A program made the position numbers and the translations under genes. DNA of 64,000 bases, from positions 3,596,001-3,660,000 of the forward strand of contig OZ116702.1 in assembly GCA_964199315.1 (NCBI GenBank). Reading direction: 5' to 3'. Shown piece after piece: positions 51,101 to 64,000 of the stretch (position 1 is the first letter of the stretch; each line of letters opens with the position of its first letter). The notes under the pieces are model-generated. The model ran no database searches. It was given only the letters and a program-made list of their open reading frames with translations, and was not told the DNA's origin. This stretch comes from Orbicella franksi (lineage: Eukaryota).

Positions 51101-51540
51101 GCCTATTTTGTTATTTAGAGAGAAAATTATTCTTGCTTACAGTACATGTAGCTCTGCAAAGAAGGATTTTGAAAACAAAATTGATGTAAAGTTAGATACC
51201 GAAAACACATTGTCGTATTTTCCCTCCTCCTTTCACTTGTGACGATTGCGTGTAACCTCCCATTCACAAGAACACTTGTAATATCAGTGCAGACCAGCTG
51301 AAAATCCTGAATTCACGTCTGCTAACATATTAATTTAAAATTTAGCTCAATTCCCGCGTTTATGTAACTTAAATTTCCACCTTTAAATGAGTTTTTCTCC
51401 GGGAGAATGAGGCAAAAATACATCTTAAAGTCATCTTCTAACGTAATCTTCAGTTCTAAAAAAGGAGCAAGCTGCAAGAAGAGTGTAAAATGCGCAAAAA
51501 GGATACGTTCCAAGTAGTAAGCTCCCTCCTCGTCCGCCAT
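39119..51540 (-). CDS. SPAG16: Sperm-associated antigen 16 (PF20 homolog, central-pair WD40 protein), 20 exons, 594 aa. Exons: 51540-51507, 50986-50940, 50207-50177, 49029-48962, 48468-48433, 48110-48025, 47945-47877, 47607-47539, 46964-46857, 46573-46513, 46208-46152, 45555-45495, 45271-45174, 44224-44091, 43237-43160, 42648-42583, 41856-41671, 41330-41204, 40497-40432, 39421-39119
   Basis: All 19 introns are GT-AG and phase-compatible (1785 nt). Recognisable SPAG16 segments: RPEIVEDFVRNFLVKMGMTRTLDCFQTEWYE, ERDFHRMHHKRVVQEKNRLITDIKR, GHKDWLSDCDFHP, HSCGDFLASCSMDNTSKVWD, GHADSVNSIVFLPYSNTLLTCSADKTLSLWDART, SGGSDGTVRIWS*. Confidence 0.95.
39498..39580 (-). mobile_element. 5' head of a tRNA-derived SINE (third family, truncated)
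   Basis: Minus strand agccgaatggttagggcgccggacttgaaatccggagatcgcggggttcaagtcccgctctaaccac: A and B boxes but no proper acceptor stem. Confidence 0.65.
40230..40409. mobile_element. 180-bp MITE with TAG-type termini and a 9-bp TSD, in the last intron of SPAG16
   Basis: TIR tagcctcttccagg / cctagaacaggtta (11/14); TSD caacctccg (40221-40229) vs caaactccg (40410-40418). Confidence 0.8.
42017..42325. mobile_element. MITE-like dispersed repeat with tttgaaaacg motifs; partial inverted copy at about 36410-36570
   Basis: Repeated gtggacggaaaacat and ccgttttcaaa motifs; ctccgttttcaaa and accggtcattttggat are shared (inverted) with 36445-36545. Confidence 0.55.
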
Positions 51541-51555
51541 GTTTCCCTCTGGTGC

Positions 51556-51570
51556 GTTGCTAGGGACGAC
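51556..51570. promoter_or_regulatory. Candidate RFX X-box just upstream of the SPAG16 start codon
   Basis: GTTGCT-AGG-GACGAC fits RYYNYY-N(0-3)-RRNRAC, 16-30 nt upstream of the ATG; a further GGCAAC half-site follows at 51572-51577. Confidence 0.5.
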
Positions 51571-53438
51571 GGGCAACACGGGCTAGTTACTCACCGAAGA
51601 GTCTATCGATCAGCGGTCTCCTCTCTTTTGGCAGGAAAGTACTAAATATATCGTTCTCAGTGTGTCCTTATAGCAAGAGTTAGGGCTTTCCACAAGTTGC
51701 GCGGCAACTTTTTGGCAACTTCTTATATTTCGAGCAATTTTTTTGTATTCTGAACAATTTTTAGTTTTCTATCAATTCTGAGAAAGAGCAGCTTTTAGAG
51801 TTGCTTCCATATTTTACAATGTTTTAGTAGACAATTCAAGAATTTCCTGTGAAAAAGAAGCCAGATCCCCTCCTCCCTGGGGCAGATCATAAGTGCAAGA
51901 TGCATGCAGTCGGGCTGCTAGGTCAACCATTTTAAAAAATTACTAAATGGCTGACGAAGATTCACACTCGACTCACTCGACTGACTCGACACTCTCAAGT
52001 GAAGAATTTTTACAAGATTAGGATTAATATTGATGCGTAGTCTTTACTCGTACATTTTTTTGTTTTTAATTCAGTCGAGTGTGCCTTGTTTAGCTGGAAA
52101 ACGAAGCACCGATCAGTCATCACAGAGTGTGAAACGAACAGTTTAAAAAGCTAAGCATCTAGCTGACATTCCTAACTTTGGTGTTGGATATCAATCGATA
52201 AATATTAACTGCTTGTATATAGAGGAAAGTAAATAATCTTAATATTGTGTAGAGATTTTACAAGTGAAGTTGAAAACGTGTCATATGTTCAAACACAAAA
52301 CTCTCAGTTTGATCAGACCCCACACCCCTTCTTTAACAACTTCTTGATTTTAGTAGAAACTGCGGGTCTTAACCAGCGAGCTCAGTTCTAGGTCCTTTCG
52401 ATGGCAGAATTAAAATGCCATGAATTTTGAGAATTTTTATAGGACAGACCAGTAAGTATTTTCAAATGACTTAATTGTCGTCACTATTGAAACGGCTGTC
52501 ACGATCAAATGTAACATCCCACCACTCCAGTCAGACAATTGCGTGACTCACTAAACGCCTTCTTGAGTGGGCGCCTAACAAGTCACGCAAACCAAGAGCG
52601 AACAACTAATCCACAAGGCTAACGAATATCACACACCATAAGATCCCAGGTTTACTTTTGGGGTATCACCAGCTCCTTGTTGTGTTCTTCTCGTAGTAGA
52701 ATTATAAGAACCATTTTTATATCGCCCGCTAATGACTAAAACAGATCACAGATATCAGCGATATTCTCATGGTGCGGCTAAATTTAAAAAGCTGCTATTA
52801 CAAATCGATTAACCAGCTAACGACTACTTTCTCACCTGCGAGCTCGGCGAAGTTGAACAAGCTATAAAATGTCGCATGAGATTTAATTTCTATTTAGTTA
52901 GGTTTTTTTCTGGGTTCGTTTCCTTTAGTTACCAGCCCTCGGCTTCTACGAAGCCATCAATCCATACCGCGTTTCTACCTCGCCCCTGTAGTCGGCATTG
53001 CTTAGATCATATCAGATGTTCGTGTCGGCGCGGAGTTTACCTCGCCCAGACTGCCATCGGCTTCCGATAGCAATTTTGAACATTCCCCAAGCTTTGGACA
53101 AGCCTGCCTGGCTTCAAGCCCTAAAAAATAGTTTTAATATCTTTTATTAAATCACCAAAAGCCTTATAAAACATTTAGGAAGAGTGGAGGAGAAGAAATA
53201 AGGAGTTTGCAGGGTTTGTGGTCTCTGCAAAATATTGGATTTAACATGAAATAAAACGTAAGCGAATAAAGACTTCGTTCTATTCTCGTTCTACTGATGA
53301 AAGGAATTGTGTCGCATGTAGCTCCCCAAGTTTGCATGTAGTTAGACCTGATCCAGTGATTGCATGTGATAGAATTTTAGATCAGAAAGCTTGGGTATAG
53401 AATCAGCAACTAGAATTTTCATTCATGGGTAATTGCGT

Positions 53439-53495
53439 TGAGTCATGAGTTTGGCCAAATATGGCCGCGCTTTGAGTTCAGCGATATTTATATAG
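53439..53495. promoter_or_regulatory. Motif cluster: AP-1 (TGAGTCA), CArG box (CCAAATATGG) and TATA-like element
   Basis: TGAGTCA 53439-53445, CCAAATATGG 53455-53464, TATTTATATAG 53485-53495. Motif matches only. Confidence 0.35.
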
Positions 53496-54054
53496 GGTGT
53501 CTGAGACTGACACCTCGAACTGAGTCTAATATCCTCGTTTGAAAAACTCGCCTTGGTTTCCATGTTTATTTCGCGAGTTGCTTGCACTATACGAAAGCTA
53601 GGCTAACCCAGTTGATTTTGAACACTCTCTGGCTTGCGAGATCAATCTTCTCGCGACAAGCGCAGCGAGCGAACCCAGTGAGCTCACAGTTACTGAATGT
53701 GTCTGTATGAAGGCTGGTTCGTTTGATTGGCTTCATTTTCTTCATTATTATTCACATAATGAGGTTGAAATCAGTGGACAAACCACTTATTTTTCAAGAA
53801 GTATTTAATAACTCGTCAAGCGATACAGGAGTGATGGAAAACAATCGCGTTTGAATGAGTTATTTGTAAATAAACTCGATCTGTCAAGAGCTTCTTTCAA
53901 CTGAGTTTTTATTCCCGTAGCAGTACAGTTCCTGATAAATCCTCAGTCAGTTACAACTCAGTAAAATACTAAAAGAGAAAAAAACCTAGAAACCCATGGC
54001 CAGTTCCAACAGAAGGAGATGGACACTTGTACATGCACTTGCATGCATTACATT

Positions 54055-54170
54055 ACTTTATTTACCCTCGGATTTCAGAGTAGCTTATGCAGCTAATATC
54101 TCCGTGCATTTAACCGTCAGATGAGAGATAGACCACCACATCGAGAACTACGTTCCCTACTCTTTTGCCA
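54055..54170 (-). mobile_element. 3' fragment of the same SINE family as 6490-6862
   Basis: actttatttaccctcggatttcagagtagcttatgcagctaatatctccgtgcattt aligns with 6505-6560. Confidence 0.7.
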
Positions 54171-57100
54171 TGCATGCCATGTACAGGGAAAATAAGAACA
54201 TAAGTACTATAATCAACCAATTTCATTGGTAACTACGGGTTGTTAAGTTGAGGACTTTGCTTTCAAAACAAACTGTGTAACAAGTTGTCATTAGCTGCTT
54301 TCAGTATGATAAAATTATTGTGTTACATGAATGAATGTGGATCTGCAAAAAACCACTGATAGGAGCATTGACATCAGCGCTGCAAAGTAAGCATGTTTTT
54401 GTAGATAGCACAAAGTACTCATAAAGACAGAAGATGCTCCAGGCTGACTGCAACAGCACGAATAGTCAAATATGTTCTTTCCCTAAAGCTAGTTAGGACT
54501 GAAAAACAAGATCATCGTTGACAACAAAATGAAGGAATACATTAAGTCTTCCTCCTTGGTATTACCGGAAGCTTCGTGATTGGTGTGGTGCTGCAGCACA
54601 TGATCAGTCTGGAGAGCACCCTTGCACAAAAATTTAGATGTAATTACGTTTACCATGGGCTCTGAGGATATCGACGGAGTTAACAAAACAGGCAACTCAT
54701 TGCTTTTTTTAAGTGCAATATTCAAGTCTCCTTCCTATCACCAAATGATTTTCAAGCCTTCTAATCAGTAAATGCAGGAGGAGTTTGCTTTCCTTTAAGA
54801 GCTTTTTCCGGTCTTTTCCTTGGCCAACTTCTGACTTCGCCGAGCAGTAAAATTGCGATTGCAGGGAAGTTACACAAACGTCTTCCCCTCCATCTTAACA
54901 AATCGCCCGGCCAGCCATCGTGCACCAAACGCTTCAGACACCCTGAAATACAGGAGACACAGGGAAAAGTTAAAACGCTGAAGATCTGTACCTAAGCCAG
55001 TCATTCGTAGGACTTATTTAAAACATTGAAAGTTGTGTAAAGAACTTTAACAGCCACACCATTTCAACTCTCAAGGTTGAAACAAACTCAGATTGTACTG
55101 GCTTTTAGTTATAAGCTACTCTGTTTTAAAAAGTGCATTTGCTCAAATGAAAACCGATCATAGTTAAGTTCTATCTCAAGACATCAGCCGATTGCAGACT
55201 ATTTCAGAGGTTTAGTCGCTTTGGTTTGAAACTACATGCAACTTTGGCAGTGACTCGTTTATTTGACCAGTTGTGGTGCCCATTGCAATGTAATGGCTGC
55301 AATAAACATTATTTTCTTGTAGTCCTAAATGATGATTATTCGATGATTAAAAACCCGGCGCCATATTTAATACGAGCAATTCATTTACTATAATTCAGTC
55401 AGCCTTAGCTGGCTAATGTCAACAGTGCTACATGCAAGGAAGACACAAGAGAGATTTTAAAGCCAGGATTAAGCATGAAGGATTACGAACGTAGCTAGGG
55501 GTCAAATTGTGGTTCCTTAATGTATCAAAGTTAATGCCTTCAAATAATTCCTATTACCTCTGCGAGAAAATTACTCTGTCTATATTTAATTCAAAGTAAA
55601 GTAAAATTCGAACAAGATCGGCTAGAATGCTTACGTAGGCAGTCTATGTTGTAAAACTCCAAAACATGACTTGACAAGTAACGCAGACTACATCCGAAAG
55701 GCCTTTCATTTGAGACATTTCAAAACCTGAATTTCAAGTATTTGAATTGGGCATGCATCATTGAAACACTTAATATATCTTGACCGATTCAATCTAAACT
55801 TGTTGCTTACAGATAAGTCGCCCAACTGCGAATAAAGTGTACCTTATGTAGTTATATATATATATCTGTAATCTCTAAACAGAATACGGGACGAAAGGTT
55901 GTATGCTCCCATTCGCCAACGCACGCCAACCGCTATGCCACTATGCACGTCATTTTGAATGCCACAAGATTTGCGTCGAAAAAGGAACCACATTCAGTGT
56001 AATTTGCGTGTTTTTCCTTTCTCGCATGCCACACACGCTGGTCAAATGAACAGGCAATACCCTCAAGAGAGTTGATCCATTGCTCTTGACATTTCTCTTC
56101 TATAGTGCGTTATTTGTTTACGTACAATGATTATTGATAAACTCTCATCTCGCTGCAGTTATCACGAACATTCATCTTCTGTTTCTTTCCTGGCTGCCAG
56201 AAAAAAACGCTGTTAATTGCTATCTTATCTCCAGTTTTTGTTAACAGACTGAAAACTCAATCTGTTTTATTTTCACTAGTCATTTGTTATTTTTTGCATT
56301 TTTAAAGCCTAAGAAATATGCGGTTATAATTGCGCAAGGAAATCGAAACTCTATTTGAGTTAATGATTTTCTTTCTTCAATTTTTTTGAAACTTTGCTCT
56401 ATTAGTTTTGTTTGTAAACAAAATGTGTGAGCTGTGAAGTCCTTAAAAAAATATTTGTATTCACTCGACTTCTCTTGCCCTGGAGTTTTCCTAACACACA
56501 GTTTACGTGTTCAAATCGTTTAATTCGCGTAGAACAGGTGTCTAAAAGAATTCTTTAGTCTGTGTGGCTTTTCAAACGCATCGAAGTTTTCTTCACATAA
56601 GGAAGACATTAAAATCGTGAGAAATTCTTAATTGCGTCGGATAGAGAAGGCGGCGTGAAGCGGTCTTCACGAACTTGCAGTGCCGCTTGTTGAAACTGGG
56701 GCTTGAGATTGCTATCATTTTATGAAGGGCTGATGAAATACAATCTGGTGATGATAAAGAACTTTAACACATGCCATTCACTTTTAATTAAAACCGAAAA
56801 AAGTTGAAAAGTAATTAGATAAGAGGTCTGTCAAAATTTTACAAGGCTTCCGCCCAGAAATTAATTCTGGTTTTCTGAAGGGTGGTCTTGAATGCCGAAA
56901 TTCAGTGCGTTATTTATGAGCTTTCCATGTAGTTTGATAAGGCAGATAAGTTATATTAGCCATTCCTTCCGTTATGTTAAGTGCACACAACGGATGCCTT
57001 GTTTATGCGACCCTCTATCAACAAGGCCATTTTATAAAGGAAGCAACACTTAGAAGCGGATTGTTAACCAGCAATCGCTCGTAAAAGTACTTACAGAAAT

Positions 57101-58155
57101 TCAAGTAAAGCTTCAAATTGAAAATCTAGGAATGGTCACTCGAAAGTTTTATGACTGATCGTGCGTAAATTAGAAACATGATCGGGAAAAGGATTTTTAG
57201 TGTTCAGGTGGAAGCCATCACCGGCTCTTTTCATAACTTTCACGACAAGGCGCTACTTTATAGTAACTACACCTTCTAAAATAAGATTGCCTATTACACT
57301 GGACGGCACGTAATTGGACAATAAATCCGGTGTCATGACATGTTTGATCTATTTGAACTTTTAAGAGATCGTCGAAAAAAATCTAGTCAATGTCATACAT
57401 TTATTCTGTTAAAAGACACTTTCACGACAGATTTTTTTTCAGATGCAAGTGACGTTTGGTTGAATCACGTGTCATGGTATGTTGTTCAGATGCCGCCTCT
57501 TGAAAAACACGTCCCACGGCTTGCAAAACAGTCACACGTTTACTTTGTAGCTGTTTACACATGCGCGAACCACATAACAACATTTCGCTGCCATTCGTTT
57601 ACTTCTGATGAAGAAAACCAACATGTGAGAATAAAAGACGCATTAGCACCAGGCAAATGAACGATTTAGCGATGCGAAAGCTGGACGGGAGATGAGTTGT
57701 GCAACGCTAATGCGTTAAACAGCTGAAGAGAACGCGGCACATGAAAGGATAGGACCAGGAAAGAGACATTATCAGATTATACCCAATGTTTGTTTTGATT
57801 GTCGCTGAAGAGCTCTCGACAAGCCGACCATATTAACCTGACAGAATTCATCTCCTTTGCGCATAAAAATATCTCCGTTGAAATTAATCGCTTCCCTCGG
57901 AGCTAATCGACGAAAGGCCGCGCTCTCCAGAAATATCCTTTGCAAAGGAATGCTGAAGGATAAAGTTTTAGGACTGCTGCACCGACAGACAATAACTTGT
58001 ATCGATTACACTTTCAAAAGTGGCGGCTGGGTATCGCTTTCAGCCAAAGTAGCGACTGCGCGATAAATGTACCTCTTAGCACGGTCGTTGCAAACCGTGC
58101 TCGTTTAGTGTGCGCTGCGAACGGTCAGGAAACGCAAACTCGACCTTCGGATATC

Positions 58156-61100
58156 ATGTACCCGCGAAGTTTTAACTACAGCCGGCCTCCGCACCCTGTT
58201 ACTCCACAAGAATCACACAGCAGTCCACCGCCGCTGTCTCACCCTCCCTATGTTTATAGCCCCCCTTCTCGTTACTCCTACAACGCTTATCCGTGTACTC
58301 CTAGCTATCCACCGAGTAACTCACCTTCTTACAGCCATATCCCTCAGCCGTTAACGCACTATGGAGATCCAAGGTTCATGGAGATGAGTCCCAGAGACGA
58401 AGTGCCAGTTCTCCATCATCTTCCTCAACAGTCTGGAGCGCTAGATCATCCAGAGCACCCACGTCAAGTCATGGAAAGCGCAGCGCAATTACTGCCGAGT
58501 TGTGAACAAGGTAATGAGACTATCTAATGCTTTTATTGATGTTTATTAAAGATCACACCTCCTTAAGTGCTATTACTACACTTGAAGTATTTATTACGTA
58601 GACTACCACGCACCTCAGATGAGTTTGTGCGGCGTTTATTAGCTCGCTAGTACTGCGGAGAAATGACTAACAATGCAATACTACAGACAAGACACGGTAC
58701 TATATCACACATCTGTGGTTAGACTCGCCATACCTTTGTCAGTGTTCAGAATTTAAGCCTCGAGATCTTGCTTAGAAACTCTAGTACCAGTAAATATCAG
58801 CAAACAAAGGCAATGACCAGAGAATTTACAGACGATTGAAGACATGAGTTGCAGTGCTCAGGAAAGTTTACTTTAAAATCTAGACCGGGGCAGATAAGCC
58901 AGGACTACAAATAGGAAGCATCCGAGGAATAGCCAAATGAAAGCACATAACGGAATTTTAAAATTGCTTTCACCATGTAGTTATACAAATTGCTGGCGAG
59001 ATATAACGGTTGGGACGCTGTACAGGCATATATCCAAGGAGACAGTGACCTCGTTAGAGAACATCCTCATTTTAGGCTAGTATCTCCTTGATCTGCTTGC
59101 ATTTATAAATGTCAAGTGCTTCTTCGTCAACTAATTTGAAATTATTTAGTGTCGGTAATGTAAGATATCACTTATTGATCTTGGAATCTGTCTTCAGACT
59201 TGTTATAACCAAGTTCCAGGTTTATGCTGTTATTCGGGAAAGATAAGCTTGGGAGGAAGATCAACATAGATTCACAATGACCTACGTGGTTGCTTAGTGC
59301 AAAAATCTCGGGTCTTTCAATAGAATAATTCGCTCAAAAATGGAGCACATAGCTGAATAGTCTTGCAGATCAATTATGATAAGTGAATACTATGAACGTT
59401 CATATCTTTTTTTCCCAGCTCTTTGGAATATATATTCTTTGTTAACCACCATATACACACTTCAGTGCTGAATTGTTTGTCCAGTACTGATAAACATGAT
59501 ATATAGTTGTGCTGCGCTTTAACAAGCATTTCTGTGTAGTTTCAAAGCTAGAGAGGTCAGCTGAGTGGAATAGAAAACAAAATATATTTCAGTTCCATAA
59601 TCTAGGTAATCAAAAGATTGCAGTGCAATAGTTGCTTACAATCTGGGCTTATCTAATTATTTGGAACTCGAAGGTTAAACATTCGTAAGAATTGAAATTA
59701 CTCACGTAATTTAAATGAAAAATGTCATTTCCATTTGGACTTCAGATATTTCTGGGAATTAAAGTCCTCTCTTAGCCCCCTAGTGTGATCTTAACTCCAC
59801 AGTGACAGAGATTGATGTCGTTGGTAAATCGTGCCATGTGAAAAGGTGGTAACTGAAAGTCTATTTAGGGCAATACTGGCGATAAAATTTGCGCAACACT
59901 TGCATGGATTAGCTCTCGAGAAACGAGGTTTAACACTTGAAGCTGATTAACTTACATCCTCTAGGTCTCGTGTCTAAACCGCACAACACATAAAAGCTTG
60001 CGATAACAGCAAACAAGGTGATTGCATACTTGTGGTCTCGAGCGGTCTTTTGTAGTCTTAAAATATTGACAAGCTGGGTTGTAAGAATCTAGACGTACTT
60101 GAGCTGTTTACCAGCCAACACAGAGAGGAAATTCCAAACTGGAAATGCATTACAACAAAACTTCGGTTGGGATGCCTGAAAACTGTCCTGTTGCCAATTA
60201 TAATCTTGGCCACCCTGTTAATTCTCTTCGTCTGAGCTCTGCTTGAAAGAAAGATGGCGGACAAATCAGTTTCTGTACAGTTATTTCAGCAATTGCGGAC
60301 ATCAAACATATGCAAGGAGATAAAAGCTCTCATAAATTTCTTAGCTTCATTTTAATCTAGTCATTTTCGAAGGAATCATTTTCATGATCCGTGCCTGTTC
60401 ATTCTTACAAAAGGGACTCAACATCTAACAACTGCACAACATAGCATTTCTCGACCTTTCAGTAGTCATTTCTCTGTACATTTTGCTATTCAAGGCTTTT
60501 AAAAGACAAGCTATTAAAGTATAATGGCAATTAAGATCATGGTGTTTGCAAAGGCGCTGTTGTGGAAGACCATAAAGCTGATTTATAAGAATTCAGTCTT
60601 AATGATGACAACTGCTCATCGATCAAGATCATCAAAACACAAGTGCCATTTGACAAGCTCAACTGATATACTAACTTTGCTACGTTCAGTTAGCAAGCTT
60701 TGATTTTATTCAAAATTTTATTAACTAACTGTAAAGTATTAAGCAAAAACTCCCGTTATAACGAGAAAGTAAACGGCCACAGCCGAAGAACAAAAACAGC
60801 TCCTACATTGAAACAATGTCTCACTGAACTTAATTCAGAAATGTGGGTAATTTTATTAAGAGGTTCTCCAAATGTAACAATGCATGCGTACTATTTGTCG
60901 TAAACTGTTGAAAACAAAACAGAAATGTAGAATTTTACTAACGAGAACCGACATTTTAGATGTTTAATGAAATGAACGCATTAAACTAATACCCTTGTTT
61001 CACTTACCGAAAAGGGAGTGTTTCGTTTGCAGTACGACTGACGCCGGAGGGTCAAGCACTGCCATGTGATAGCTGCACAAAATTTCATATACAAGGATAA

Positions 61101-62934
61101 AAAACAACTGATTCCTTTCTGCGGAATAAAAAGGAAAAAACCCTGATCATGGGCTCGTACTTTTACTGAAGTACTTTCCCCACCATCAACCTCAAACCCT
61201 TACTAATAATAATAATAAAAAAAAACACGGCTAAAGGTTGCATTCTCTTTGTTAATCCTTCGTTGGTGCACTTTGTATATTTTCAATTGTTTCTTCCCAT
61301 AGCAACTATTCTGTTCGCCTGTTCACTGTTTTCTGCTCGAGCATAGCTAAGAATTTTATTTTGCATAGCCTGTCAATTGTATAACGAAACAGATGTAGCT
61401 AAAAGGGAAGGTCAGCTAAAGAAAAAATATGCAACAACAAAATTCCTCCAAAATGGATCACAATGCTTCGGCTGGGTTCTCCTGGGAACTTTCCAGCAGG
61501 AGCACCGCACGGTGATGAACGTTATTTTATATGATTCGTTGCAGTTTAATGGCAACTGGAAGCAGAACGGTCGCTTGTGCAGGGTGGCGAGCCCACTCGT
61601 TAGTCTCCATGTTGCCATACTAAACCTGTCTGCATTCCCTTATACATTTTCGCCTTTATCATAACCCAACCTTATTCCTTTGTCAGATTTTCACGCAATA
61701 CCAGCGTCATGAAATTCTTCAAAGGCGTTTGCATTTTTCATTTGAAATATCAGCTAAATAACCAGCCTGACGCAATCTCACTTAAAGGAGTTGGGAGCTC
61801 CTGCACGATTATGTTCCAGGGCCGCCTTAATCTGTCCATGAGGAAACATGGTAGAATTAAGGGAAAAAATACTGATTGCATAGATGAAATATACAGTCAT
61901 TAAACTCAGCTAGAGTAAAAATCTCTAAAGCGATTAGCTTTTGTGAGATTTATGCGGGAAATTTATTAGTCACAGCAGCTTTTGGATCTGCCGATTCAGT
62001 ATTGAACAAAAGTTTCGGCAGGGTCAAGTTGGAGTCCACATCCGCGAAGGTTGCGCTGCGATTTCCTGAAGAAAATGTTTTTCCCAGCTTGATGTTTCTA
62101 AAAGTTGTTAAATCCGATAAATTTAGAAGGCTTTTTCTTCCCACGAAAATTTTAGACTATTATGAGCTAAACGAAGAAAATTCGTTTTCTAAGTAAAACT
62201 GAACTGGTAACGAAAACCAATTCAGGGAATCACTAAGACGCTTAGACAGAGTGCGGTTGAAAATTGCTCTCAAATCTCGACATCAGATTGTGGTTTGTTT
62301 TCTAGTCTACCGGTAACAAAGTTAATCTAATTATCATTTTCTTTTATTTCTGCAACAAAATGAGAAAAATGTCAGTGTTAGTATGGAAGCCCTGTTATGG
62401 TGGTTGTAGATATCCTTCGTCTGAATTTCAAACTTTTTCGTGTCGCAAATTCCAAAGGTCCTCGTATCGCTTTAGGAATTCCAACGCAAGTCATGTCGTT
62501 CGTCGTCATTTAATGGACCTCCTTGTCGCTGTTTGAAGGCTTTTTTGTCGCATGTTGGCAGTTTTACACTAGTTACAGGGCCTCAGTCTAGCGCTTCGAG
62601 GAACAACAGATTACCCCTTCATTATGTTATTCTTGTTGCTTTTGCAGCTGCAAAAACCGGAAAATCTACCGGAAAGAAAAGAAAAGAACGAACAGCTTTC
62701 ACTAAACATCAAATACAGGAACTGGAAAACGAATTTCAGAGGAATAATTACTTGACAAGGCTCAGAAGATACGAAATCGCTGTGAGTTTGGACTTGACGG
62801 AACGACAGGTCAAAGTCTGGTTTCAAAACCGTCGAATGAAATGGAAACGTGTCAAGGGAAAACGATTGGAAAAGAAGGCTCCCATCGCCAAGAGACTTAG
62901 CACAAGCTCTGACGAGGATAAACCACAAGTATAA
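58156..62934 (+). CDS. Mox: Mox/Meox-class homeobox protein; exons 58156-58510 and 62648-62934 (213 aa)
   Basis: Homeodomain [61 protein letters not shown] carries the Meox-diagnostic [20 protein letters not shown] and KWKRVKG motifs. A Pro/Ser/Tyr-rich first exon joins by a phase-1 GT-AG intron (58511-62647). Confidence 0.92.
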
Positions 62935-63588
62935 ATGGTGTTTCATTCATGTACATCTATGACTACCACTTAATTCTCCATGATAGCTGAGGGATTTCCC
63001 AAAGACAAAGAAATTCCCTTTGAGCCTTTGAGCCCAAGTTTGGGCTACGTAGAGCGCCTTGTCTGGGTACTCTCTAAATGGCGTAAAATCAACTGAGCAG
63101 AGCGAAGGAATGGCGGATTTCCGAACAATATTAGTTACAGCGTGGAAAATAATTATATTGGTTGCTACGATTACAAAAAAATCTTTCACATAGCATTGCG
63201 TGAATTTCTTGGTTTATAAGCCAGCATTAGGGTTTCTATGTATTTTTCGAAACTGGAGAGCTTATACAACACTGCTTTCTCCATATAACTTTGTAAATGA
63301 TATATCTTTAGCTCCAGAACATTTGAGTTGCTTATGCAAGTCATACAAAACTTCTTGATCCATGCAGCTTTGAAGAAATGTATATACACTGTACTGCTCC
63401 AGGTCTAGAACGAAAAGGGAAGGATGTGCGAGTCGGTCGCAATCCCTGTTGCAGTCTTTTCGAGTCTGTTTCATACGACTTCTGCATGTTTTAAGATATT
63501 GCATTGCAGAAACACATTTAGTTGGACTGGCGATGTTAGAGACTTCGTGATTAGCTAATTGAATATATTTTCTTGAAATATACGAGCG

Positions 63589-63594
63589 AATAAA
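63589..63594 (+). terminator. Candidate polyadenylation signal for the Mox transcript
   Basis: AATAAA 655 nt after the stop codon, with further copies near 63646 and 63731. Confidence 0.35.
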
Positions 63595-64000
63595 AATATT
63601 TTCTACCAGAGAAACCGTTTGTGTTTTGAACAAAATAATTCAGTAATAAAATCAAATAAGTAGTTAGATGTATAGTCTGATAACAGGATGGTTAGTTTGA
63701 GTTTCAAGCCTCAACATAACGGTGGTTAGCAATAAAACCTTATCAGAGAGTTCAATAAACGAAATGAAATCTCTTTTAAATCATTCGAGACCATGACGCC
63801 ATGATCTATCTTTGAGGAGCCCTTCGGTACAAGTACACCAGGGAGGGGTCCCAGGTAAAATATCGAAAGACGCAACAGCACTTCAGCAACTACAGAGCAA
63901 GAGATAGTTGCTTGTTGAACTAAAGGGTCTACTACGGAAATTAGTTTTCTGGATGTGGTAAAATTCTAATAAGACGTGAACTACTGGCATTTTCTTATTT

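Noticed and set aside
51696-51708. Near-perfect X-box GTTGCGCGGCAAC upstream of SPAG16
   Set aside because: Lies in what looks like a repeat fragment with iterated GGCAAC/GCAA words; the proximal 51556 site is the better candidate.
57340-57660. 106-aa ORF upstream of Mox
   Set aside because: No domain, no splice link to Mox; more likely upstream regulatory DNA.
63262-63633. 123-aa minus-strand ORF
   Set aside because: Antisense to the probable Mox 3' UTR, no ATG start and no recognisable motif.

Overview
Eukaryotic, AT-rich, intron-rich genomic DNA. The repeat types and a Mox-class homeobox suggest an anthozoan cnidarian, probably a stony coral (inference). Manual splice reconstruction supports five protein-coding genes: (1) a RING-H2 finger gene (+, 147-11128) whose N-terminal half is built from nine small symmetric phase-1 exons of 9-54 nt; (2, 3) two tandem RING-CH/MARCH-type membrane E3 ligase paralogs (+, about 26148-30538 and 32214-36333); (4) a complete 20-exon SPAG16/PF20 WD40 gene (-, 51540-39119, 594 aa); (5) a two-exon Mox/Meox homeobox gene (+, 58156-62934). 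The 11-26 kb interval is accessory DNA: an 862-bp tandem duplication, an inverted and circularly permuted 454-bp copy of two exons of gene 1, several MITEs, a decayed KDZ-like transposase, a Penelope-like fragment and two minimal type-I hammerhead ribozymes. The best leads are the micro-exon cassette with a frame-switching tandem splice donor ahead of the RING domain, the permuted copy that looks like a re-integrated DNA circle, and the two hammerheads. All gene models come from sequence inspection only and have no transcript support. No CRISPR array, rRNA or true tRNA gene was found.
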